DNA of 64,000 bases from a candidate division NPL-UPA2 bacterium Unc8 (GCA_003574845.1 NDHY01000002.1:16317-80316); one strand, 5' to 3'; numbered from the stretch's first letter, positions 29,850 to 41,115 are shown. Numbers and translations: made by a program. Notes: generated by a model from the sequence alone, not told the origin.

Positions 29850-31570
29850 AGAATAAAGAAATAGCACAGATTTTCAGTCAGATAGCTGATATTTTAGAAA
29901 TAAATGATGAGAATCCATTTCGGATACGTGCTTATCAGAATGCCGCCCGCATTGTGGAAGGACTCCCTGAAGAAGTGGAAAAGATTGAACAGCGTGGAGG
30001 AATAGGGGAGATATCTGGAATTGGCGCCGGTATTGCTGATAGGATAAGTGAGCTCGTCAGGACAAATCGTCTTTCTTATTATGAAGAGTTAAAAGCAAAG
30101 ACCCCGGAAGGTCTCGTCAGAATGCTTGACATTCCAGACCTTGGCCCCAAAACGGTAGCTCTTCTCAAGCAGAAATTAGGTATTGAAAACATTGAACAGT
30201 TGGAGAAAGCAGCCCGGGAAGGCATCTTGCGAAACCTTCCCGGAATGGGAGAGAAAACTGAGGAGAATATCCTTTCGGGAATAGAGTTTCTCAAGTATCA
30301 CCGTGAAAGAATTCTCCTTGGAAAGGCTTATCCTTTGTCACAATCAATCATTATTCTCTTGAATAAAATTTCTTCAGTTAAGCGGATAAGTGCGGCGGGT
30401 AGTCTGAGGCGAATGCGGGAAACAATTGGCGATATTGACATTCTTGCTACCTCAGAGGAGCCGCAACAGGTAATGAAAGTATTTACTGGTATGCCGTCAG
30501 TAACCAGTGTTCTGGCTATGGGAGAAACGAAGTCCAGCGTTTACATAGAAGAAAATATTCAGATTGACCTGCGCGTGGTGGCGGAGGAAAGCTTTGGAGC
30601 GGCGCTCCAGTACTTTACCGGCTCAAAATCTCACAACATAAAACTGCGGGAACTTGCGCATAAACGTGGATTAAAAATTAACGAGTATGGAGTTTTTAGA
30701 ATAAGCGGAGAGAGGATAGGGGGAAGAGAAGAAGATGATATCTACAAGGTTCTTGCCCTCCATTATATTCCCCCGGAACTCAGGGAGGGTCTGGGTGAGA
30801 TCGAGGCTGCCCAGCAGGGTAGGGGACTGCCCGAGCTGATTACGCATGAAAAAGTAAGAGGAGATTTCCATGTTCACTCTAACTGGAGCGATGGCGCAAA
30901 TAGCATCCCGGAGTTAGCCGCAGCAGCAAGGAGGCTCGGATATGAGTATCTGGCAATCTGCGACCATTCAAAGTCTCTTGGTATTGCCGGGGGCTTAAGT
31001 GAAGAAAGATTACGAAAACAGATTAAAGAAATCAAGGCGCTCAACAAGAGTTTCAGTAATTTTCAGATTCTCTGCGGAACTGAAGTGGATATTGACAGTG
31101 ATGGAGAGCTTGATTTTAGCGATGATTTACTATCCGAGCTGGATATTGTCATCGCCGCTATTCATACAGGATTTAAACAAGAAGGTTCCAGGATTACTGA
31201 GCGTATCATCAGCGCAATGGAAAATAAATTCGTCAACATAATTGCCCATCCAACGGGGAGACTGCTTGGAGAGAGGGAAGGGTATGAGCTTGATATGGAG
31301 AGGTTAATTGGAGAGGCAAAGAGGACGGGAACAGCTCTGGAACTTAATGCCCTTCCACAACGGCTGGACCTGAGCGACGTTCATTGCCACATGGCAGGCA
31401 GCGCAGGAGTGTTAATTGCTCTTGGGACGGATGCCCACAATGCGGCACAATTAGAGGTAATGCAATATGGGGTAGCTACTGCCCGTCGCGGCTGGCTGGA
31501 AGAAAAGAATGTCATCAACACGCTTTCCTTGAGCAAACTATTAAAAAAGCTCAACAATGGAAAAACATAA
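29846..31570 (+). CDS. polX: DNA polymerase X family protein with C-terminal PHP domain
   Basis: 574 aa. N-terminal HhH/Pol-beta region (NPFRIRAYQNAARIV), nucleotidyltransferase core and a PHP domain (GDFHVHSNWSDG). Confidence 0.85.
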   Translation: MKNKEIAQIFSQIADILEINDENPFRIRAYQNAARIVEGLPEEVEKIEQRGGIGEISGIGAGIADRISELVRTNRLSYYEELKAKTPEGLVRMLDIPDLGPKTVALLKQKLGIENIEQLEKAAREGILRNLPGMGEKTEENILSGIEFLKYHRERILLGKAYPLSQSIIILLNKISSVKRISAAGSLRRMRETIGDIDILATSEEPQQVMKVFTGMPSVTSVLAMGETKSSVYIEENIQIDLRVVAEESFGAALQYFTGSKSHNIKLRELAHKRGLKINEYGVFRISGERIGGREEDDIYKVLALHYIPPELREGLGEIEAAQQGRGLPELITHEKVRGDFHVHSNWSDGANSIPELAAAARRLGYEYLAICDHSKSLGIAGGLSEERLRKQIKEIKALNKSFSNFQILCGTEVDIDSDGELDFSDDLLSELDIVIAAIHTGFKQEGSRITERIISAMENKFVNIIAHPTGRLLGEREGYELDMERLIGEAKRTGTALELNALPQRLDLSDVHCHMAGSAGVLIALGTDAHNAAQLEVMQYGVATARRGWLEEKNVINTLSLSKLLKKLNNGKT

Positions 31571-32489
31571 ATTTTTAGTTAAGGACGAATCGGCACGGCT
31601 GGATGTATTCCTGTCTCAGCAAGGTCTTTCCCTTTCTCGCGCGGCAATCCAGAAATTGATTAAAAACAAAAATGTTCTGGTCAATGGATGCCCGCTAAAA
31701 CGCAACCATTTGGTAAAATCAGGAGACGAGATAGCCGTTGAGATACCGAAGACAAATTTTAATATGGCTGAAAATATCCCGCTTGACATTCTATATGAGG
31801 ATGAAAGCATTCTTGTTATCAATAAACCTGCCGGTATGGTCGTGCACCCCGCTGCCGGTCATCACCAGGGAACATTGGTTAATGCCCTCCTGGGCTATAC
31901 CGAGCGCCTCTCTTCCCAGGATTGCCACCGCCCTGGGATTGTTCATCGGCTGGATAAAGACACATCAGGAGCACTGCTCATTGCCAGAACTGACGCTGTT
32001 CACCTTGATTTGACCAGACAAATGAAAGAAAGAAGTATCAAAAAAATTTATATAGCTCTGGTCCATGGAAAGGTTGAACCCGAAAAAGGAGAAATTATTG
32101 CTCCTATTGGAAGGCACTGCCAGCGGCGAGGAAAAATGGCAATACGCTATGCAGGCGGAAGAGAAGCAGTAAGCTATTATCGTGTTTTAGAAAGGCAGAA
32201 GACAACAACTCTTCTTGAGATAACCCTCTCTACAGGCAGGACGCACCAGATAAGAGTGCATTTATCATATATTGGCTATCCGATAGTCGGAGATAAGATT
32301 TATGGGCGTGACAGCGGGCAAAAAAGGAGCAAAGAGCTTTTACTAATTGATTCTTTTCCGCGCCAGGCGCTCCACGCCTACAAGTTAGGATTCATTCATC
32401 CTGCAAAAAAAGAATATGTAGAGTTCACTGCCCCTTTGCCGGAAGATATGAAAATGCTGCTTCTATGTCCCTGCCTCCCAGGAGACTAA
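31557..32489 (+). CDS. rluD: RluA-family 23S rRNA pseudouridine synthase (RluD-like) with N-terminal S4 domain
   Basis: 310 aa. [16 protein letters not shown] catalytic motif. Confidence 0.85.
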   Translation: MEKHKFLVKDESARLDVFLSQQGLSLSRAAIQKLIKNKNVLVNGCPLKRNHLVKSGDEIAVEIPKTNFNMAENIPLDILYEDESILVINKPAGMVVHPAAGHHQGTLVNALLGYTERLSSQDCHRPGIVHRLDKDTSGALLIARTDAVHLDLTRQMKERSIKKIYIALVHGKVEPEKGEIIAPIGRHCQRRGKMAIRYAGGREAVSYYRVLERQKTTTLLEITLSTGRTHQIRVHLSYIGYPIVGDKIYGRDSGQKRSKELLLIDSFPRQALHAYKLGFIHPAKKEYVEFTAPLPEDMKMLLLCPCLPGD

Positions 32490-33719
32490 GTATTTTTTTT
32501 GCTCGGAGGTAAGGTTGTCTATTTCTACTCCCATAGATTTTAATTTTAGTTTGGCTATTTGTTTATCTATTTTTTCCGGAACAGGATATACTTTTTTCTT
32601 CAGTGTTTGACTTTTTTGTACTATAAACTCTGCCGATAAAGCCTGATTGGCAAAACTCATATCCATAACACAAGCCGGATGGCCTTCTGCCGCCGCTAAA
32701 TTTACTAATCGTCCCTGACACAAGATATTAATGCGTGGACCATTTTTAATGGTGTATTCTTCAACAAATTCCCTGACTATTCTTTTTTTAACCGATATCT
32801 TCTCAAGAGCGTCCAGATCAAGTTCAACATTAAAATGACCGCCATTAGCCACAATAGCCCCGTCTTTCATTAGCTTGAAATGCTCTTCCGAGATTACTTT
32901 AGTGTCGCCGGTAAGGGTGATAAACACATTGCCTTTGGGGGCGGCTTCTTTGATGGGCATAACCTCATATCCATCCATAATCGCTTCAAGTGCTTTCAAT
33001 GAGTCCGTCTCAGTTACAATTACCCGAGCGCCCATACCCCGGGCGCGCATAGCCACACCCCTGCCGCACCATCCGTAACCACAGATAACAACATTAGCTC
33101 CGGCAAAAAGTATATTAGTAGCTCTGATAATACCATCAACCGTAGACTGACCGGTCCCATAACGATTATCAAAAAAACATTTGGTTTGTGCATTGTTAAT
33201 TGCTATTATAGGAAAAAGCAAAAGTTCTTTTTGCTCAAGACTCTTCAGTCGGATAACACCAGTTGTGGTTTCTTCAGTTCCGCCTAAAATATCTTTAACC
33301 AAATCTTTTCTTTTCTGATGAATAGCCGAGACTAAGTCCGCACCATCATCCATAGTGATATGAGGATGGACATCAAGAACTTTGTTGATATGCTGATAAT
33401 AGGTGCTGTTATTCTCACCATTAATAGCAAATACAGGTATTTTATGATTTTTAACCAATGAAGCAGCCACATCATCCTGAGTGCTTAAAGGATTAGAGGC
33501 GCATAAATTTACTTTGGCGCCACCTTGCTTTAAAGTAATCATCAGATTGGCTGTCTCAGTAGTTACATGAAGACAGCAACTAATGCAGGTGCTTTTTAAT
33601 GGTTTTTCTTTACTAAATCTATCGCGAATGATTTGCAGAACAGGCATATTCCGAGCTGCCCATTCAATGCGCAATTTACCTTTTTTTGCCAATCCGATAT
33701 TAGCAATGTCGTAATCCAT
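32463..33719 (-). CDS. ahcY: S-adenosyl-L-homocysteine hydrolase
   Basis: 418 aa. AhcY N-terminus ([20 protein letters not shown]) and NAD-binding region [10 protein letters not shown]. Confidence 0.9.
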   Translation of the reverse strand: MDYDIANIGLAKKGKLRIEWAARNMPVLQIIRDRFSKEKPLKSTCISCCLHVTTETANLMITLKQGGAKVNLCASNPLSTQDDVAASLVKNHKIPVFAINGENNSTYYQHINKVLDVHPHITMDDGADLVSAIHQKRKDLVKDILGGTEETTTGVIRLKSLEQKELLLFPIIAINNAQTKCFFDNRYGTGQSTVDGIIRATNILFAGANVVICGYGWCGRGVAMRARGMGARVIVTETDSLKALEAIMDGYEVMPIKEAAPKGNVFITLTGDTKVISEEHFKLMKDGAIVANGGHFNVELDLDALEKISVKKRIVREFVEEYTIKNGPRINILCQGRLVNLAAAEGHPACVMDMSFANQALSAEFIVQKSQTLKKKVYPVPEKIDKQIAKLKLKSMGVEIDNLTSEQKKYLVSWEAGT

Positions 33720-33784
33720 ACTGCCTTCACACTTTTATACCTTTACACCTTGCTGCTGACTGCTGACCGCTGACCGCTTACTTG

Positions 33785-34933
33785 CTACTCCTTTTCAGCT
33801 TCTTTTCTCAGAGTATCTACTTTATCTGTTTTCTCCCATGTAAATCCTTCTTCATCGCGGCCAAAGTGTCCATAGACTGCAGTTTGTTTATAGATAGGGC
33901 GGCGCAGATTAAGATGCTCAATGATTCCCAGAGGTGTAAGATTAAATACGCGCCGAACCACTCTGGTAAGCTTTTCATCAGAAATTTTTTGCGCATCAAA
34001 TGTATCCAGGAAAAAAGAAATCGGCTCAACGATACCAATGGCATAAACAAGTTGTACTTCACACCGCTCGGCAAGTCCGGCAGCAATGATATTTTTGGCA
34101 ATGTACCTTGCCATATATGAAGCTGAGCGGTCTACTTTTGTTGGGTCTTTTCCGGAAAAAGCACCGCCGCCATGACTGCCAACCCCTCCGTATGTATCGG
34201 CAATTATCTTTCTTCCAGTTAATCCCGTATCTCCCTGGGGGCCGCCAATTTCAAATATTCCTGTTGGATTGATAAATATTTTCATCTCCTTACTTATTAA
34301 TTCAGCGGGAAGAGTAGCCATAATTACCTTTTCTCTAATCTCTTCCCGAAGTCTTTCCATCTTGATACCCGAATCATGGTGAGCAGAAACAACAACTGAT
34401 TTTATTTCTATCGGCTTTCCATTATTGTACTGCACGGTAACCTGAGTTTTTCCATCTGGCCTCAGATAGGTTATTTCCTTATTATTTCTTACCTCGGCCA
34501 ACCGACGCGCCAGCTTATGAGCCAATACAATAGGAAGCGGCATCATCTCAGGAGTCTCATTTGTAGCATAACCAAACATCATTCCCTGATCGCCAGCTCC
34601 TCCCTGGTCGACACCAATGGCAATGTCGGGAGATTGCTCTTGAATTGCAGTCATTACGCCACAGGTCTGATAATGAAATCCGTATTCCGGCTTCGTATAT
34701 CCTGCCTCTCTGATTGTTTCACGGGCAATAGTCGGAATATCAATATAACACTTTGTCGTTATTTCTCCAGCGATAAATACAAACCCTGTTGTCACCAGTG
34801 TCTCGCAGGCGACTCTTCCATTCGGGTCCTCCTTCATCACTGCATCCAGAATTGCATCGGATACCTGGTCAGCAATTTTGTCTGGATGTCCTATTCCCAT
34901 GGACTCAGAAGTAGATAGATAACTCTTGCTCAT
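33785..34933 (-). CDS. metK: S-adenosylmethionine synthetase
   Basis: 382 aa with [12 protein letters not shown] and [16 protein letters not shown] signatures. Confidence 0.95.
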   Translation of the reverse strand: MSKSYLSTSESMGIGHPDKIADQVSDAILDAVMKEDPNGRVACETLVTTGFVFIAGEITTKCYIDIPTIARETIREAGYTKPEYGFHYQTCGVMTAIQEQSPDIAIGVDQGGAGDQGMMFGYATNETPEMMPLPIVLAHKLARRLAEVRNNKEITYLRPDGKTQVTVQYNNGKPIEIKSVVVSAHHDSGIKMERLREEIREKVIMATLPAELISKEMKIFINPTGIFEIGGPQGDTGLTGRKIIADTYGGVGSHGGGAFSGKDPTKVDRSASYMARYIAKNIIAAGLAERCEVQLVYAIGIVEPISFFLDTFDAQKISDEKLTRVVRRVFNLTPLGIIEHLNLRRPIYKQTAVYGHFGRDEEGFTWEKTDKVDTLRKEAEKE

Positions 34934-34969
34934 TTTTTTCCCCTCTACAATCTTTAAGCTGCTTTTTCA

Positions 34970-35713
34970 TTACTGGTCAGACTCACTGTATTTTTTATTT
35001 ACAAACCGATAGAGGTCTGCATCGCCAATATCATACCAGTTTCCTGTAAATGTAAAGCCGTATACCGGCCGATGGCGATGGAGCCAGGCAATATAAAAGC
35101 CCGTTGCGTCAGGATTTCCTCCTTCCTTAATGTAATTTGCAACAAAACCCAGCTCTTTCTCAGGAAAGATATACATACAGATAGCGATAAGGGTCGTTAC
35201 AGGATTCTCCGGCTTTTCTTCAAAACCAACAATTCTTTTCTCACTGTTAAGTGTCACAACACTATATTTTTTGATTTCTTCTCTGTCGTCTACATTGTAA
35301 AGCGCTACCGTTGCTCTTTTTTTTATATTAAAGAAGCGGATAAAATCAGTAAGAGAAAAATCAAAGAGATTGTCTCCGCCAATGATGAGCAGCTCATCAT
35401 TAATTTTTTCCTTATCAATCACGAATTTTATGTCACCAATTGCTCCTAATTTTTCATCATCTGAGAATGTTTCATCGTTTATAATTTTTAGCTGTTTTTT
35501 TCCCTGATAGCCTTCGCCCCACCTGCGAAAGTGCTTAGAAAATTTACCATTTGTTACTATGTAAACTTTGTCTATATCTTCTATCTCCTCAACTCGCTCC
35601 AAAATGTATTCAATCATTGGTTTCTTACCAACAGGGAGAAGAGATTTTGGCCTATCTTTTGTTAGAGGATAGAGGCGCGTGGCATAACCAGCACACAAAA
35701 TAAGAGCTTTCAT
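34970..35713 (-). CDS. Sugar-phosphate nucleotidyltransferase (NTP_transferase family)
   Basis: 247 aa. N-terminus MKALILCAGYATRLYPLTKDRPKSLLPVG is the classical G-x-G-T-R nucleotidyltransferase motif. Confidence 0.7.
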   Translation of the reverse strand: MKALILCAGYATRLYPLTKDRPKSLLPVGKKPMIEYILERVEEIEDIDKVYIVTNGKFSKHFRRWGEGYQGKKQLKIINDETFSDDEKLGAIGDIKFVIDKEKINDELLIIGGDNLFDFSLTDFIRFFNIKKRATVALYNVDDREEIKKYSVVTLNSEKRIVGFEEKPENPVTTLIAICMYIFPEKELGFVANYIKEGGNPDATGFYIAWLHRHRPVYGFTFTGNWYDIGDADLYRFVNKKYSESDQ

Positions 35714-35732
35714 TTTTTATTATCTTTTTTTG

Positions 35733-36113
35733 TCATTCTTGAGTAACGATAAAATTTACAAATCCAACATCAATGCCAAGTGAATCCATAAACCAGTATT
35801 GACCTTCTTCAAAAATAGGAGCGAGTTGAAAAGGAAAGGAGCCATGCCTTCCCCTCGTAGTAAAAAACTCACGCAAATTTCTATGTCTGTCCCGGCATAC
35901 CAACACCACAAAATTGCTGGGAGCATTGAAATTTGTTATTTTATCACCAGGATATTTAATTTTGTCGCGCTGAGAATGTAATTCCAGGCGCCTCTCAAGT
36001 GTGGCAATATTTTCATCTGTTCCTCTTGTAATTATAATTCCATAATCAAGAATCCAGAAAAACACACCCACCGCCCCTAAGATTATTCCTAAAAATAAAC
36101 CAAGCAACTTCAT
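35733..36113 (-). CDS. Hypothetical small membrane/secreted protein
   Basis: 126-aa ORF with an N-terminal hydrophobic segment. No family recognised. Confidence 0.35.
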   Translation of the reverse strand: MKLLGLFLGIILGAVGVFFWILDYGIIITRGTDENIATLERRLELHSQRDKIKYPGDKITNFNAPSNFVVLVCRDRHRNLREFFTTRGRHGSFPFQLAPIFEEGQYWFMDSLGIDVGFVNFIVTQE

Positions 36114-36186
36114 TTTTCCCTCCCTAATGTATACTTATTTAGTAGTTTTGTAATTTTATATCATCAATAATTTTATGACAAGGAAA

Positions 36187-37476
36187 TTAATATTGCAACT
36201 GACTGTTGAAATATTGTTTTGCTTCGCCAACGAGGTAAAGGGACCCTGTAATACAAACTGGAGCCTGAGAAGAAGATTTAGTTAAAGCGTAAGAGATGGC
36301 ATCTCTTGTATTTTCTCTAATAGTGACATTTGAAATGTGTTTTTTTGCCTCATTTGCCAGCTCATGTGGCTTTATCGCTCGTTTTGTCTGTGGCTGAGTT
36401 ACCACAACCTCAGTCGCCAGAGGAGCTAACTTTGCTATTATTCCCGGGGCGTCCTTATCATTAAGAATGCCAATAACCATGATAAAATTGCTCAAGCCAA
36501 GGTCAGCGAGCGTCTTTCTTAAAGCATTAGCAGCAGAGGGGTTATGAGCGCCATCCAGCACAATAAGTGGCTTTTTCCTGATTATCTCAAATCTTCCTTC
36601 CCATTTTGCTCTCTTCAATCCTTCCCTTATACTTGCCGGAGAGATGGGAATACCATAGTTCCTGAGAGCCTCTACTGCGCCAATAGCCGTTGTTGCGTTG
36701 ACAACCTGATGCATTCCTATCAAAGTAGTTTGCAGCCGAGAATATTTTCGGTATGTTCCTTTCACTGTGAAAGTTTCACCTCCAAGATTATACTTAAGTC
36801 GGGTGTATTTCAAATTCTCGCCAACGGCAAGTAAAGTCGCCCCTTTTTTCCGACATATCTCCTTTAGTATTGACAATGCTTTCTGCCGGGAGGCAGTAAC
36901 AAGAATGCTGTCTTTTCTGATTATCCCTATTTGCTCCCGGGCAATTTTAGCAACAGTTTTTCCCAGCTCGTTTGTGTGGTCAAGCTCAACATTGGTAACT
37001 ACCGAGATGATAGACCTCAGGACAACTGTAGCATCAAATTTACCCTCAATACCAACTTCGCATACAAGAAAGTCTACCTTCTGCCGGGCAAAAAAAAGAA
37101 AGGCAATAATGGTAACAGTTTCAAAAAAAGTCAGCCGTTCTGCTTTTGAGAGCAGATGGAGTGCACCTCTAACCTCCGCTACTAATTTAGCAAGCTGTCG
37201 TCTGGAAATAAGAACGCCATTAATGGCAATTCTTTCCCTTAATTTAGTAAGATGAGGAGAGGTGTAGGTTCCAACTTTGTACCCGGCACTACGAAGAATT
37301 GAGGAAATAAAAGATGCTGTGGAGCCTTTTCCATTAGTTCCACTGACGTGAATTGACCTTAACTTGAGGTGTGGATTTCCAAATAGCCCGAGGGCGGTTC
37401 TAATGCTTGTAAGCCGAAACTTTTGATTTCTCCCTCCAAGGCTATAAAGATAGACAATTGCCTCTTCATACTTCAT
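36187..37476 (-). CDS. folC: Folylpolyglutamate synthase / dihydrofolate synthase
   Basis: 429 aa. HVSGTNGKGST P-loop of the Mur-ligase family, with an FolC-like C-terminus. Confidence 0.85.
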   Translation of the reverse strand: MKYEEAIVYLYSLGGRNQKFRLTSIRTALGLFGNPHLKLRSIHVSGTNGKGSTASFISSILRSAGYKVGTYTSPHLTKLRERIAINGVLISRRQLAKLVAEVRGALHLLSKAERLTFFETVTIIAFLFFARQKVDFLVCEVGIEGKFDATVVLRSIISVVTNVELDHTNELGKTVAKIAREQIGIIRKDSILVTASRQKALSILKEICRKKGATLLAVGENLKYTRLKYNLGGETFTVKGTYRKYSRLQTTLIGMHQVVNATTAIGAVEALRNYGIPISPASIREGLKRAKWEGRFEIIRKKPLIVLDGAHNPSAANALRKTLADLGLSNFIMVIGILNDKDAPGIIAKLAPLATEVVVTQPQTKRAIKPHELANEAKKHISNVTIRENTRDAISYALTKSSSQAPVCITGSLYLVGEAKQYFNSQLQY

Positions 37477-37486
37477 GCCAGACTAC

Positions 37487-38296
37487 TCAAAACTTATCCA
37501 GCAGTTCAGAAAGAACTTTCTTTAGCTCTCCGCGAGAGACAATCATATCAATTAACCCTCGCTTGAAGAGAAATTCTGCCCTTTGAAATCCTTGCGGGAG
37601 CTCTCTATGTATTGTTTCCTTGATAACGCGTGGACCGGCGAAGCCAATCAGTGCTCGTGGTTCAGCAATGATAATATCGCCAAGGGAAGCAAAACTGGCA
37701 GCAACCCCTCCCATCGTTGGGTCCGTGAGAATGGAAATAAAGAGAAGCTTCTCTTTATTGAGTTTGGCAATAACTGAGCTGGTTTTTGCCATTTGCATAA
37801 GAGAAAGCATTCCTTCCTGCATGCGAGCGCCACCACCAGAGCCAGATATAGTTAAAAGCGGAAGCCTCTTTTCAATCGCTCTTTCAGCTGCCCGCGTTAT
37901 CTTTTCCCCAACAACTGAGCCCATAGAACCCATCATAAACCGAGAATCGGTAACTGCGATGACAATGGGGTGATTATCCAGATATCCCTCCCCGGTGATA
38001 ACAGCTTCAGTGAGTCCTGTTTTCTTTTGCTCCTCAACTATTTTATCCCGGTACAGTTCTAATCCCTGAAAATTAAGTGGATCGTGGGAAGTCATCTGCG
38101 AATCACATTCCTCAAAAGTGCCGTCTTTAAGTAGTAGACTTATCCTTTCTCTTGCTCCGAGTCGGAAGTGATAATTGCATTTCGGGCAAACCTTTAGCAT
38201 TTTCTCTAATTTTTTGCCAAGTATAAACTCGCCGCAATCATTGCACCTCATCCCGAGACCATTAGTTCTTTCAACTTGCTTGCGTGGCCAGATCAT
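37487..38296 (-). CDS. accD: Acetyl-CoA carboxylase carboxyltransferase beta subunit
   Basis: 269 aa. N-terminal zinc ribbon (CNDCGEF...CPKCNYHFR) and the carboxyltransferase domain. Confidence 0.9.
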   Translation of the reverse strand: MIWPRKQVERTNGLGMRCNDCGEFILGKKLEKMLKVCPKCNYHFRLGARERISLLLKDGTFEECDSQMTSHDPLNFQGLELYRDKIVEEQKKTGLTEAVITGEGYLDNHPIVIAVTDSRFMMGSMGSVVGEKITRAAERAIEKRLPLLTISGSGGGARMQEGMLSLMQMAKTSSVIAKLNKEKLLFISILTDPTMGGVAASFASLGDIIIAEPRALIGFAGPRVIKETIHRELPQGFQRAEFLFKRGLIDMIVSRGELKKVLSELLDKF

Positions 38297-38306
38297 TTTT
38301 TTTGCC

Positions 38307-38927
38307 TCAACTGCCTTCAGCGCGCTTTTTTATTGCCTCAAGAAGTACAAGTGGAGGAGATAAGTTTAATGCAAGGTCTGCTCCTGGTATTATTCTTACC
38401 ATAGCAGCAACTAGCCCTCCCATCTCTTCAAGACAGGGTGCCTGCTCTGAGACAATAAGCAGGGTTTTCTCCCCTACGGAGAGGACGCTATAGAAACCGG
38501 TTTCCTCCGACTTTTCCGGACAACGAATGAATAATTTTGGCTTCTCCGGTCTGAATATAGTAGTATATGAAAAGGAAAATGGAATCATCATAAATCTCAT
38601 TGCAAGGGTAAAATCAACCGTTACTGTGTCTTCTTTTGTTTGAACAATTTTTGATGACCTCATCATTGGCACAAACTCAGACCATCTCTCAAAATCGGTG
38701 AGCACCTCCCAGACTTTCTCGAGGGGAGCATCAATTAGTATTGAGCCTATTCTGTGAACTCTTTCCGGCTCTGCTTTCTCAAGGATCATCATCTGGCCCC
38801 CTCTTTCAAGGCTTTCTCTAAGGAGAATGTTAAACTCTTCTGGAAGAGGTTCTGATGAAAAGGCAGAACCCCCCTGGAGGAGAACAATGCTCAATAACAC
38901 CAATCCTATAACAACCTTCTTCACCAT
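38307..38927 (-). CDS. Secreted SRPBCC (START/Bet v1-like) domain protein
   Basis: Real gene likely starts at MVKKVVIGLVLLSIVLL (signal peptide). The upper 214 codons of track ORF 38307..39569 are antisense to the 39115..39579 gene and probably not coding. Confidence 0.5.
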   Translation of the reverse strand: MVKKVVIGLVLLSIVLLQGGSAFSSEPLPEEFNILLRESLERGGQMMILEKAEPERVHRIGSILIDAPLEKVWEVLTDFERWSEFVPMMRSSKIVQTKEDTVTVDFTLAMRFMMIPFSFSYTTIFRPEKPKLFIRCPEKSEETGFYSVLSVGEKTLLIVSEQAPCLEEMGGLVAAMVRIIPGADLALNLSPPLVLLEAIKKRAEGS

Positions 38928-39114
38928 TATCAATTTCCTCCTTTCACCAATCACCAATTTTAGAATATCACATTGCGCAGAATTTGCGCAACAAATTTCT
39001 TCATGTCTGTCAAAATTAACAAGGCACAGAGGCACATATAATAAAAACTTTGTTGACTTGATTCGAGAGTTTTCAGTAGAATAAGAGTATGTGCAAAGAT
39101 CAGGAGTAATCAGC

Positions 39115-39579
39115 ATGCAAATCGGGGTTATTGGTTCTAACAGATGTTCAGAAGAGATAGTTAAGATTGCTACCGATGTTGGCAGGGAGATTGCCAGGAG
39201 CGGAGCAACTCTGGTCTGTGGTGGTATGGAAGGAGTTATGGAGGCAGCCGCCAGAGGAGCGAAAGAGGAAGGCGGAAGGACAATCGGAATTCTCCCGGGA
39301 TTTAACAAGAAACAGGCAAATAAATACATAGACTTTTTTATCGTTACGGGAATGGGAGAAGGAAGAAATGTCATTGTCGTCAAATCTTCAGATGCGATAA
39401 TTGCCATTGCAGGCGGCTCCGGAACGCTCTCTGAGATTGCTTTTGCCCTAAATGCTTCCATTCCTGTAGTTGGACTAAACACCTGGGATTTAAGAATTTC
39501 GGGCAGGAAACCGGAAGGGATAATCAGGGCAAGAAGTGCAAAAGATGCTGTGAAAAAGGCACTCACCATGATTAAATAG
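39115..39579 (+). CDS. TIGR00725/LOG-like (SLOG) Rossmann-fold protein
   Basis: MQIGVIGS...LVCGGMEGVMEAAARGA...GGRTIGILPG are characteristic of the TIGR00725 / YvdD-LOG family. Confidence 0.7.
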   Translation: MQIGVIGSNRCSEEIVKIATDVGREIARSGATLVCGGMEGVMEAAARGAKEEGGRTIGILPGFNKKQANKYIDFFIVTGMGEGRNVIVVKSSDAIIAIAGGSGTLSEIAFALNASIPVVGLNTWDLRISGRKPEGIIRARSAKDAVKKALTMIK

Positions 39580-39657
39580 GAAATACTTTGCTTTTCTTCA
39601 ACAGCTTATGATAAAATTATTATCGTAAGGAAAGGATTCAAGAGGTAAGGAGGGACA

Positions 39658-40818
39658 ATGGGAGGAGCTGAACTGATTGGCGGAGAAGAAAAAGATGCTA
39701 TAGCTGAAGTTATTGACCGCGGGGCGGTTCTTTTTCGATATGGATTTGATAAGCAGCGCCACAGCATCTACAAAGTAAGTGAGTTTGAAAAGAAGTTTGC
39801 CGAATACTCAGGGGTAAGATATGCTCTTGGAGCCTCTTCAGGAACAGCGGCATTAAGGATAGCATTGGCTGCTCTGGGCATCAGGCGCGGGGATGAAGTG
39901 ATTATGCCGGCATTTACTTTTGTTGCCACTGCGGAGGCGATAATTGAAAGCGGAGCAACACCGGTTATTGCCGAGATTGATAGTTCGCTAAACCTGAACC
40001 CTGATGATTTTGAGAATAAGATTACAGAGAAAACAAAGGCAGTCGTTCCTGTGCATATGCTCGGCGTCGCAGCAAAAATGGATCGGGTGATGGAGATAGC
40101 AAAAAAACACCGACTCCGGGTCTTAGAAGACGCAGCTCAAGCTTGTGGTTCAAGTTTTAGGGGAAAAAAGGTAGGAACAATCGGAGACATTGGCATTTAT
40201 AGTTTTGACTATGTCAAGACAATAACTACCGGAGAAGGTGGAATGCTTGTTACCAACGATGAGGATTTATATTTGAAAGCGAGTTCCTTTCACGACCACG
40301 GGCACGAGCACCAAACGGACGTTCCGCGAGGAAAGGACTTAAGGAGAGAACATGGGTTTAACTTTCGCATGTCAGAATTGCAAGGAGCAATGGGAATCGT
40401 TCAGTTAGGACGGCTTGATTATGTCATCTCCGAGCAAATAAAAAACAAAGAATCAATAAAAGAAGCTATTAAAGAAATAAGAGCTATCAGGTTCCGGGAA
40501 CTCCCTGATGCGGCGGGGGACGGAGGAGATACGCTTGTCTTCTTTCTTCCCAATAAAGGAATGGCAAGTAATTTTGAAGAAGGATTGACACAAGAGGGAA
40601 TAGGAACAAAAATCCTTCCATCCGCACTTAACTGGCACTATGTTGCCTACTGGGACCATATCCGATTAAAGATAAAAAACCCCAACGCTACCTGGCCATC
40701 TACCGACAGCATCCTCCGCCAGGCAATTGCCATTCCTATCTCAGTAAAGATGGCTGAGGCGGAGATAGAAAAAATAATATCCGCGGTCAAAAGAGTGGCA
40801 GGAGATGTCCTTTTATAG
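39658..40818 (+). CDS. DegT/DnrJ/EryC1/StrS family PLP-dependent aminotransferase
   Basis: 386 aa. ALGASSGTAALRIAL...DEVIMPAFTFVAT is the family-typical N-terminus. Confidence 0.8.
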   Translation: MGGAELIGGEEKDAIAEVIDRGAVLFRYGFDKQRHSIYKVSEFEKKFAEYSGVRYALGASSGTAALRIALAALGIRRGDEVIMPAFTFVATAEAIIESGATPVIAEIDSSLNLNPDDFENKITEKTKAVVPVHMLGVAAKMDRVMEIAKKHRLRVLEDAAQACGSSFRGKKVGTIGDIGIYSFDYVKTITTGEGGMLVTNDEDLYLKASSFHDHGHEHQTDVPRGKDLRREHGFNFRMSELQGAMGIVQLGRLDYVISEQIKNKESIKEAIKEIRAIRFRELPDAAGDGGDTLVFFLPNKGMASNFEEGLTQEGIGTKILPSALNWHYVAYWDHIRLKIKNPNATWPSTDSILRQAIAIPISVKMAEAEIEKIISAVKRVAGDVLL

Positions 40819-40836
40819 GCCCTATACTCCGGAGGT

Positions 40837-41115
40837 TTATTCCCAGCCGCGAATGGAGAAGGAATTAAACGTTCCCTGATGGGGGAGCCATTCTACCTCC
40901 ACGTTATGAACAACTGCCCCCGGAGGACCCTGATGACACCAGGAGATAAGCCTTTTTACCGACTCTTCTTTTCCTTCAAGAAGAGCTTCAACCTTTCCAT
41001 CCAATCTATTCCTCACCCAGCCACCAATTCCTTCTTTCTCCGCCTCTCTTGACATCATAAAACGAAAGAATACTCCTTGCACTCTTCCTGAGACGAGAAC
41101 CCTTGCTCCTACCAT
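40837..41115 (-). CDS. acyP: Acylphosphatase
   Basis: 92 aa with VSGRVQGVFFR and GWVRNRLDGKVE signatures. Confidence 0.85.
   Translation of the reverse strand: MVGARVLVSGRVQGVFFRFMMSREAEKEGIGGWVRNRLDGKVEALLEGKEESVKRLISWCHQGPPGAVVHNVEVEWLPHQGTFNSFSIRGWE

Noticed and set aside
33720-34969. SAM or SAH riboswitches upstream of metK/ahcY
   Set aside because: The intergenic spaces are only ~36 nt (metK) and ~65 nt (ahcY), too short for those aptamers.
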